From the NCBI RefSeq assembly GCF_001194135.2, contig NC_068984.1, positions 12,321,431 to 12,360,647 on the forward strand: DNA of 39,217 nucleotides. Reading direction: 5' to 3'. The first letter of the stretch is position 1; each line of letters opens with the position of its first letter. The notes beneath the pieces are model-generated. The model was given only the letters and a program-made list of their open reading frames with translations. It made no database searches and was not told the origin of the DNA. Origin of the DNA: Octopus bimaculoides. Lineage: Eukaryota. The position numbers and the translations under genes were made by a program. Shown piece by piece: positions 31,301 through 39,217 of this stretch.

Positions 31301-34300
31301 TGGTAAGGGCAGCGGACTCGCGGTCATAGGATCGCAGTTTCGATTCAAGACTGGGCGTTGTGAGTGTTTATTGAGCGAAAACACCTAAAGGCTCCACGAG
31401 GCTCCGGCAGGGGATGGTAGTGAACCCTGCTGTACTCTTTCACCACAACTTTCTCTTACTTCCTGTTTCTGTTGTGCCTGTAATTCAAAGGGTCAGCCTT
31501 GTCACACTGTGTCACACTGAATATCCCCGAGAACTACGTTAAGGGTACACGTGTCTGTGGAGTGCTCAGCCACTTGCACGTTAATTTCATGAGCTGGCTG
31601 TTCCATTGATCGGATCAACTGGAACCCTTGACGTCGTAAGCGATGGAGTGCCAACAACAACTCGCAAGCTGAACTTAAGCGTGTACAAACTGATGGTTGT
31701 AGAAATTTCCTTGTCTTTGGCACCCTGGGCAACTGCCCAAGTTGCTGTTACTTTGAGCTGGCCCTGTATGCAAAGTCACAAGACTGCACATGATGTTTAC
31801 ATGCATTGCTTCATTTCAGACATTTAATTACGTTCTCTGTTTAACAATAACCATTTGTGATAAAGATTATGTTTTTGTTTCAGTGATAATGCCAGATTTT
31901 TCTTCCTTCAAGTTTTGGAGTCATATCTTAAGCAAAGGTATTTAATATATTTTTTTCTCAAGAAAACCTTGTTTTAAGGAATTATTCTTTAACTAGCTGA
32001 CCCCATGCCATAAAAAATGACAGCTAATTGCAGTATTTTATATATAACTATGGATGGTAAAATCAAATTAATACATTTGTCAATGTTATCTCGTGGTTCG
32101 CTTTTAAGATGTGACATCAATCATCGTTTGTTACTGAAAGGATGCTGGTTCACACATTCACATACTACCCTTCTACACATACTCACATAGTTGAAACGCT
32201 CCCACTACCAGTTTGCCATCACCTCTTCCTTCCTTATTCATCTATCACCCCTTCCTTTCTTGTTCATATGTTGTGAACGAAAAATACAAGATTATTATTA
32301 TAGTAGATTGTTTTTTCTCTACTTTAATTCTTTCCAAGAAACAATACGGTTTTCATTCATATTAATTACTGGCAATTATACATCCTCCTTCTCCCTCCCT
32401 ACATCTTCCTCTTCTCCCGCCACCCCCCAAACATGAAAATTTGGTAATCAAATAATTTTATTTTGATTACCAAATTTTTGAGGTATCCATTTTGCTCCGT
32501 TGGATGTGTAATGTCAATGTGAATACCCGTCAGAGTGTAAGTATCTTGAGAGAAAAGCTGAACATTAGAAGCATCAGTTGTGGTGTGCAAGAGAGACGAT
32601 TGCGCTGGTATGGACATGTGGTGAGAATGGATGAGGATAGCTGCGTGAAAAAGTGCCACACCCTAACAGTTGAGGGAACCCGTGGAAGAGGTAGGCCCAG
32701 GAAGACCTGGGCTGAGGTGGTGAGGCAAGACCTTCGTACATTGGGCCTCACCGAGGCGATGACTACTGACCGAGACCTTTGGAAATGTGCTGTGCGTNNN
32801 NNNNNNNNNNNNNNNNNNNNNNNNNNNNNNNNNNNNNNNNNNNNNNNNNNNNNNNNNNNNNNNNNNNNNNNNNNNNNNNNNNNNNNNNNNNNNNNNNNNN
32901 NNNNNNNNNNNNNNNNNNNNNNNNNNNNNNNNNNNNNNNNNNNNNNNNNNNNNNNNNNNNNNNNNNNNNNNNNNNNNNNNNNNNNNNNNNNNNNNNNNNN
33001 NNNNNNNNNNNNNNNNNNNNNNNNNNNNNNNNNNNNNNNNNNNNNNNNNNNNNNNNNGCGTGGCCGTTTTCGTGCGGGTGACACGTAAAAGCACCCACTA
33101 CACTCTCTGAGTGGTTGGCGTTAGGAAGGGCATCCAGCTGTAGAAACTTTGCCAAATTAGATTGGAGCCTGGTGTTGCCATCCGGTTTCACCAGTCCTCA
33201 GTCAAATCGTCCAACCCATGCTAGCATGGGTTGGACTAGTATCAGAAATAAGTGGAAGATGAGAAAATACAAGGAGGAAATGTTGTGCCCATGACTTCCA
33301 TCCCCAATAAAAACTGAATTTGATGGCATTTGATCATATAGGTTGATGTTTGTAGGGGAACTGTGGACTCTGGAGGGCTGTAGCTCTGAGGATAAATGAC
33401 CAGGTGATGTGTTCAGTAAGAGAGTGGGATATATAGCAAGGGTTGCAGGATTTGAAGAGACAGATAGGTCTGAGTGGAAGGTTCACACAACCAGCAGAGA
33501 TTGCCATGATATTGACAGAAAAGGCAGAAGAAACTTGAATGTCCGTGAGTTAATGGTTGAAGGCTGTTGGTCAGTGAATGCTTGCAGGGATTAGATGGAA
33601 ATTGTTGAGGCAGATTTTCTATTGCTGGATGCCCTTCCTGTCTCCAGCACTTAACTGTTCCCAATTAAGGTAATATTTCTCCATGGCCAGACATGTTTTT
33701 AGAAAAGGTTGGAAATGAACAACATTGCTTGTTTGATGGTGATGCTTATTTACAGCCAGCATGTGATGTCAAGACAAAGCTACACACAAACACATATACA
33801 TATATAATATCTTCTTTCAGTTTCTGTCTGTGAAATCCACTTACAAAGAAGTTGGTTGATCTGGGACTTTAGTTGAGGGCACTTGCCCAAGTTGCCATAC
33901 AGTGGGATTGATCCTGAGCCCATACAGTTGGGAAGCAAGCTTAAGTGCTGACAGTTGTTTGCCATTGTTTTGTGTATTTAAGCCTTCAGCATTCAAATTT
34001 CTTTGTCAAATGTATCATTTATTTATTCACATTGTTTTGAATTAATCACCCATTATCTTGTAGTTTCAAGATTTCTGTGGTGTGTTTGTATATTTTTAGA
34101 AGGACATGTTTGTATATTTTTAGAATGTATGGTAAGGGGTTGGATCTGGTCAGTTTTGACATAAAACTGATAGAATATTTGGGCTGGATTAAACGTTAAG
34201 GGATTAATTTAGTTTAATTTATATTTGCTGTGCCAGGTCTTTGGTTCATTCTAGAGTGCATTTTAGTGACCTACTTTAAACTCTTTAGTTCTTGAATGAA

Positions 34301-36862
34301 AATAGTTTGGTTGGAATGTTGATTCATAAAACAATATCTTTATAAAAGCTGTCCTATATGCTTCTGCTTAAAGTTTAATCAACAAAATGGGGAAATAAAA
34401 CAAGACTGAAAATAATTTTATTTTGATTACCAAATTTTCAAGTAATGTAATTTGGATATTTTTAAAAATCAAATTCATACCTCATCTAAATAAATATTTC
34501 CCCTTCTTTGATTTTTAGGTACCAAACTGCAGGGTCTGAGGATCAGCAGATTGTGAGAGAGTTCCTGATGACCTGTCTCCAAATGCAGGTCAGTATTCTT
34601 TACTGTTTTTTCTTTCACTCATTTGACTATGACCATAACTTTTATTGATCACCCCGCCACCCATTGTACTTATTTTATGGATCAAGCTTGAATGAATAGA
34701 ACTGAATGGCAATAGTTAAATTTTCTGGTTACACAACAAAATCATTTGAAAGCAGCTTTCTTCCTGATTTCTTTTGTTTCTTTCTGTTACCATATTTTTG
34801 TTAATCCTTTTGTTACCAACCCAGCTGAAACTGGTTCTGGCTACAAATATCTTGTTTTCATAAGTTTTGAATTAAAATCTTCCACCAAACCTTAGTCACA
34901 ATTTATGTTCCTAACACCAGCTTAATGATAACCAAGTTATTTTACTAAATTCTTTGTTATATTTAAAGTAATTGACAGAAACATATGAATCATCTCAAAA
35001 TAAATACAGTTAACGAAAGGGTTAAAATACATTACTTTAGACTCATTTAATTTTGAAAATAATGAATAACTTAGTTAAATAATTTTGTCGTTATTAACCT
35101 GGTATTTGGAACATAAATTAACATGAAATTTTGAGGGACAGTTTTAATTTAGATCAGTTTAAAACAAGTTTATACCATAGGTGGGTTGATATCAGAAGGG
35201 TTAATTCTATTTTTCTTGTTAACAATAATTAATATGGTAGCCATTATGAAAGTTGACAATAACTGCATAACCATTTTATTGTCCCAACATCTGTTGTACC
35301 ATTTTTGGCTCAGATGGCTTTAGGAATTCAGTATGAATTCTCAGAAAATATCTACTAGCTCTTTGTGTTGTTTGTTCAACTATACTCTTAATTCATTCTT
35401 GTGTATTGAGAATGTAATTCAGACACTAATCCAGTAGATTTTTTATTTAGTTTGGTGTGTTTGGTCTTTCTTTAACTTATTTGTACCAAAGAGCAAATAT
35501 GCAGATGTGGGCTGAATGGATAAGGTTGAAATCTGAAGAAGTGGGGATTCACAGCTGGAGAGAACATTCAAGCAATGATAGTTGCTCTCCTCTTGAAGAG
35601 TTTTGTAGTTATGGAGATGGTGTTAACATTGGATTAGTATTGTTTTAAATTTAGATTCAAGTTTAATAGTTTTGAGGAAAGGGGTTAGTTGGTTACATTG
35701 ATCCCTGTACTAGTTTTTTTATTTTATTGCCCTCTGAAGAAAAAGGCAAAGTTGACCTCGGCAGGATTTGAACTCAGAATGTAAAGTGCCCCAAGAACTA
35801 CTGCATGACATTTTAGCCAGTACTCTAAAGATTTTATATCTCCACCATCTCCTATATCCTCATCATTTAATGTTTGTTTTCCATACTGGTATGGGTTGGA
35901 TGGTTGAACTGGAGCCGGTGAACCAAAGAACCTCCAGTGTCTGCCTTGGTATAGTTTCTATGGCTGGAAACCCTTCCTAATGCCAGCCACTTTAGAATGT
36001 ACTGTGTGTTTTTTGCATGGCACAAGTACTAGCAAAGTCACCAAGTAACTTGCAAGACAAGAGCTGTCAAGTGAGGGTGGGGTGTAGTGTTGAGGGAGGT
36101 AGCTTTATGCTGGGTGATGAAAGGTTAAAGTATGATGGGAGGGATAGGAAGAGGTATCTTGGGGGTAGCACCATTAGGGGCTCTCTCCAATATGTCTTTA
36201 AAACAATAGATGTTCAATCTGAACTTTAGTAGGAAGTCAGGGAATTCCAGAGGGTGGAATCTGGGAAATTGTCAGAGATTGTGGTTCTTAATCCTTTTTG
36301 TTATTGTATTTCTTTTGAAATAAACTGCCTTTCGTTTCAGTTAATTTTGTAAATAATAATGTAATTAAATAGCTGTAATTATTAAACTGATGTTCTGAAC
36401 ATAAATTAGCATGAAATTTTGATGGAAGGTCTTTTAGATCACTTTACAACATACTATTTGTATCATAGGACCAAGGTTGGTAAAAGGATTAAACAAGAAC
36501 ATTGGTCAAGAAATGAGTCACTTTTATTCAACCTAGCAAAAGTTTATGGAGAATCATTTATTAGAAAGATGTAGATCATCTCACTTTATGCTTTTCTTGT
36601 ATTCAATGGGACCCTGAAGTGTGCTTTTCTTTTTGTTTTTCAGGCATCAAGTGTTACGAAAGACAAGTCTTTTTTGAAAAACAAAATCGCGCAGCTTTTC
36701 TCTTTGGCATTCCTCAATGACTTTCCCCATCGTTGGCCAACATATTTTTCTGACCTCCTCCAGGCTTCTTCCTATGGCCATGTGGCTATTGAAATGTATT
36801 TGCGAATCCTAACTGCTATTGATTACGATGTTGTTGATCGAGAAATAATTCATTCAGATCAT
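20669..36862 (+). CDS. XPOT: Exportin-T (tRNA exportin), 5' part: join(20669..20734,30340..30425,31884..31937,34519..34588,36644..36862); continues beyond the window
   Basis: Exons join in frame: MDEQALSFLDGPHLGDGRAQEK|ILTYFELLKRSDDGWKLCITAFTCGKYN(S)|DNARFFFLQVLESYLKQ(R)|YQTAGSEDQQIVREFLMTCLQMQ|ASSVTKDKSFLKNKIAQLFSLAFLNDFPHRWPTYFSDLL...MYLRILTAIDYDVVDREIIHSDH, collinear with recalled human XPOT MDEQALL...KFFCFQVLE...FIRNKAAQVF...LYLRILMAIDSELVDRDVVH. Confidence 0.95.
20933..21338. mobile_element. Foldback MITE with long TIRs (Mutator-like)
   Basis: Arms of about 140 bp with perfect core TACGGAATCCCACGTTTTAGGCTATGGAGATTCCGATTCTGAAAAA; GG...CC termini; both flanks carry tttgtattatt(att)n. Confidence 0.85.
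21102..21147 (+). repeat. Degenerate telomere-type (TAACCC)n tract inside the foldback MITE
   Basis: taaacctaactctaaccctaaccctgaccctaaacctaaccctaac. Confidence 0.85.
22262..22308. repeat. (TA)n microsatellite
   Basis: Direct reading. Confidence 0.95.
24877..25254 (+). mobile_element. RTE-type LINE 3' UTR and tail with tandem subrepeats
   Basis: Repeated GGTGGCACGTAAAAAGCACC-like units, then standard tail and (GAT)n. Confidence 0.85.
25750..26182 (-). mobile_element. Helitron-like element related to 4415-5568, reverse orientation, 3' end not located
   Basis: Reverse complement starts A|TCTATATATATATAAAA and aligns with the first ~100 nt of the 4415 element. Confidence 0.65.
26318..26434. 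repeat. Minisatellite, 3 x 39 bp
   Basis: Unit tgtgtagtgaggcatgtgtaactgtatagctgaaaatgt at 26318, 26357, 26396. Confidence 0.95.
26872..27278 (-). mobile_element. Full-length OR-like CORE SINE, little diverged
   Basis: Reverse: ATAGGCGCAGGAGTGACTGTGTGGTAAG (A box), CCGGGTTCAGTCCC (B-box-like), GGCACCTTGGGCAAGTG core, (TA)n, tail AAGTAAAAGAG. Confidence 0.92.
28540..28890 (+). mobile_element. Degenerate RTE 3' end
   Basis: Decayed ORF end followed by tail GGTATTAGGAAAGACATCC...CATGGAAAACGGACGTTAAATGATG. Confidence 0.65.
29154..29479. mobile_element. hAT-like MITE
   Basis: CAGGTGTTTTCTTAACC ... GGTTGAGAGACGCTG; candidate TSD cttcacag/ctttacag. Confidence 0.6.
29535..29935 (-). mobile_element. 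Old RTE LINE 3' fragment
   Basis: ORF 29624..29833 (CIKKCRELEVDG...WDEAVKTDL) resembles the RTE C-terminus seen at 32493. Confidence 0.75.
30340..30425 (+). CDS. XPOT: XPOT coding exon 2, 86 nt
   Basis: tttcag|ATA TTG ... AAC AG|gtctgt. Confidence 0.9.
31239..31766. mobile_element. hAT-like MITE interrupted by a SINE
   Basis: TIRs CAGGACTGGCTC/GAGCTGGCCCTG (9/12); 8-bp TSD tctgcaaa/tatgcaaa (7/8). Confidence 0.75.
31283..31661 (+). mobile_element. tRNA-derived SINE (second family) nested in the MITE
   Basis: TGGCCCAGTGG A box, GTTTCGATTC B-box-like, (CAA)n tail; TSD gcaagctga on both sides. Confidence 0.85.
31884..31937 (+). CDS. XPOT: XPOT coding exon 3, 54 nt
   Basis: tttcag|T GAT AAT ... 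CAA AG|gtattt. Confidence 0.92.
32493..33236 (+). mobile_element. 5'-truncated RTE LINE (ORF C-terminus plus 3' UTR, spans a gap)
   Basis: LRWMCNV...RRLRWYGHVVRMDEDSCVKKC...GRGRPRKTWAEVV...DRDLW is the RTE-clade post-RT domain; the (GAT)n tail is replaced by a fold-back. Confidence 0.92.
33770..33945 (-). mobile_element. OR-like SINE fragment, diverged
   Basis: ttcagtttctgtc...aaatccact...cacttgcccaagttgcca core in reverse. Confidence 0.7.
34519..34588 (+). CDS. XPOT: XPOT coding exon 4, 70 nt
   Basis: ttttag|G TAC CAA ... ATG CAG|gtcagt. Confidence 0.92.
34805..35021. mobile_element. piggyBac-like (TTAA) MITE
   Basis: TTAA|TCCTTTTGTTACC...GTTAACGAAAGGG|TTAA. Confidence 0.75.
36292..36488. 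mobile_element. piggyBac-like (TTAA) MITE, related to 34805-35021 in opposite orientation
   Basis: TTAA|TCCTTTT...AAAAGGA|TTAA; internal sequence resembles the reverse of the 34805 copy. Confidence 0.7.
36644..36862 (+). CDS. XPOT: XPOT coding exon 5, 219 nt
   Basis: tttcag|GCA TCA ... GAT CAT|gtaagt. Confidence 0.95.
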
Positions 36863-37091
36863 GTAAGTTGTATATTCTTCCTCTACATTTAATTTGTGAA
36901 ATGTTCTGTAAAATATCGTTAATCATTTTTGGTCTGTTGCAGACCAATTAATATTGATTTGTTCTTTAATAGATAAATTATCTCCATATACAAAACTGAA
37001 AATTCAGGGTTCAAACATTGCCAATTGTATTAAATTGTAGCGTTAAGAACCTCCATTCGTATTTTTTAAAATTCACCTCAAAAAGATAGGC

Positions 37092-37325
37092 ATTGTCAAA
37101 CCTTTGTTTTAAACGGTGAGTGAGCTGGCAGAATGGTTAGCATGCTGGGCATAATAATGCTTAGCAGCATTTTCTCCGTTTTTACGTTTTGAGTACAAAT
37201 TCCTCTGAGTCTGATTCTGCCTTTTATTCTTTGAAGGTTGATAAAATAGGTTCCAGTTGAGCAGTAGGGTCAATGTAGTCAACTTGCCCCCTTCCTCCTG
37301 AAAGTTTGAGAGCATTGGTAAAACC
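37092..37325 (+). mobile_element. Nin-domain-like tRNA SINE (octopus OK-like), diverged
   Basis: GAGCTGGCAGAATGGTTAGCA head; homologous to 38466-38679. Confidence 0.75.
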
Positions 37326-37605
37326 TTGGTCTGCATACGCACTGTCGGCATCTCAGAGACTGATTGGTGACCAACTCAGTGATGTTTGTCATTTAAGTTA
37401 CAGTTATTGCCCTTTAACCATGTCCAAGTTGAAGATAGGTTTAAATAGTCCTTCTCTGAAAGAAGGGGTTGCGTTGGTAAACAAATTGCAGTGTTTAATT
37501 AAGATGGTTTTTAATTTGTCTGACGCTACGACAGAGGAAGAAAAATGATGTGGATGTAAACTTTGTTCTCTCTTTCATAAGGAAGGGTAAGCAAAAATTT
37601 AGTGT

Positions 37606-37774
37606 GGTGACCTGTAAAAGGCACCCACTACACTCTGAGTGGTTGGTGTTAGGAAGGACATCCAGTTGTAGAAACCAGGCCAAATTCAGACTGGAACCTG
37701 GTGTAGCTTACCAGTTTCAGTCAAGCCATCTAACCCATGCCAGCATGGAAAGCAGACGTTAAGTGATGATGATG
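37606..37774 (+). mobile_element. RTE tail
   Basis: Standard tail motifs and (GAT)n. Confidence 0.8.
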
Positions 37775-38465
37775 ACTTTGGGAAGTACTGGGTTAAACAG
37801 CTGTTACATTGTAATAGGCCAGGAGCAAAAATTGCCTGAGCTGCATTTAATGCCTGCTTATTATATAATTCATGATGATGTTACTGATTCAAACATAGTT
37901 TTCTTAACGCAATCTTTGGATCCTGTCAAACTGTCCAACCATGCCAGCACAGGAGACAAATGTTGAAAGATGAATGGAACTATGGACTTAGATTAGGTGT
38001 AAATAGAAAGTATGAAAAACAACAACAAAAGCCCCAGTTATTACCTAGAATGAGATGCAAAATTCAGCAGTGGATTAGCAGAATCCTTTGAGCATTGGAA
38101 AAAGTGCTTTTTGGGTTTTCAGTAGGTTCTAATTTCAAGTCGTGCTGAGGTCAACTTTGCAGCTTTACCTTCAGCTCTCTGGCATCAATAAAATAAAGAA
38201 TCAGTCAAATACTGGGGCCGATATATTCAACCATTCCCTTCTCCCACACTTCAGGCCTTGTGTCTGTACTAGAAACATTATCATTACACCACTGTGTAGG
38301 TTGCAAAACTATTGAATCCTGAGGGAGGAGGAGGCTGTGTACTAGGTAAGGAGGAGTTAAGGTATGAGAGAGAGAGAGAGAGGAGGCAGGGCAGGTTCTT
38401 GTAGAGGAGTTGCATTGCTAATCACAATTAGAAGAGAGGGTGAGAAAGGTCATAGGAACCCCAAA

Positions 38466-38679
38466 GGCGAGCTGGCAGAAACGTTAGCACGCCGGACGAA
38501 ATGCTTAGCAGTATTTCGTCTGCCGTTACGTTCTGAGGTCGACTTTGCCTTTTGTCCTTTTGGGGTTGATAAATTAAGTACCAGTTACGCACTGGGGCCG
38601 ATGTAATCGACTTAGTCCCTTTGTCTGTCCTTGTTTGTTCCCTCTGTGTTTAGCCCCTTGTGGGCAATAAAGAAATAAG
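38466..38679 (+). mobile_element. Nin-domain-like tRNA SINE (OK-like), B-box region missing
   Basis: GGCGAGCTGGCAGAAACGTTAGCACGCCGG...GAGGTCGACTTTGCC...GGGGCCGATGTAATCGACTTA; family name from recall. Confidence 0.85.
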
Positions 38680-39217
38680 GAACCACAAAGATATAGTGGT
38701 GATGAGGTGTCCAGGTGGCCCCTTAAGGTAGGAAGTAAGTAGTGATTTGTTACAAATCCTAGATTGAGCTAATGTTTCTGTTGTTGGATTTGGCATGACA
38801 GTTATCTATATTTCCCTCTACTCGCTGGCGGTACCTACCCACCACCACTACCCATTTTCCTTTATTCAAAAATTCTTATCGCTCCTTAAAATTATGGCTT
38901 TTAAGTGTTGATTTCTCAGCCCAAGAATTACAGCGTGATGTGCTGCTTGACTGGTCCCCCCTCTCCCTCTCTCTCTCTCTCTCTCTCTTTATATATATAT
39001 ATGATGATGATGATGATGATCTTTTCTCCCGCCATGCCTCTGTCTACCCCTCCATCCTCTCTCTCCCCCTTCGTAGTTTTTCCTTTAAGGTCTTCAGGTT
39101 CTGGCTATATATAAATGAGAAACCCATTCTAAATTATCTAGCTGACGTACTACGACGAAATACCCAAGATGCAGATAAGATAGAGATTTTTATTTATTTA
39201 CGGCCTCAAACATCTCA

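Noticed and set aside
897-36862. U12-type introns in the three genes
   Set aside because: All donors read are ordinary GT sites; none matches RTATCCTT.

Overview
Eukaryotic, AT-rich, repeat-dense genomic DNA with four N gaps. The SINE/LINE families point to an octopus (coleoid cephalopod); this is an inference. Three spliced genes were reconstructed by hand from GT-AG junctions. (1) The last 8 coding exons of mitochondrial ACAD9 (+, 897-13281). (2) The complete 5-exon RPL18A (-, 14196-19553, 176 aa). (3) The first 5 coding exons of exportin-T, XPOT (+, 20669-36862, continuing beyond the window). ACAD9 and RPL18A are tail-to-tail; RPL18A and XPOT are head-to-head about 1.1 kb apart. Introns are filled with RTE-LINE 3' tails, tRNA-derived SINEs, hAT-, piggyBac- and Mutator-like MITEs and Helitron-like elements. 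The best unexplained signals are two box H/ACA snoRNA candidates in RPL18A introns 1 and 3 that share a 5' hairpin signature. One has canonical pockets fitting conserved 18S and 28S uridines; the other has a pocket complementary to both flanks of 28S helix 68. Also notable are a third structured island in intron 2, a LINE 5' junction built from templated patches, and repeated rearrangements at the 14-bp palindrome of the RTE tail. All rRNA target sequences and numbering are recalled, not searched, and need checking against octopus rRNA. No prokaryotic features, CRISPR arrays or true tRNA/rRNA genes were seen.
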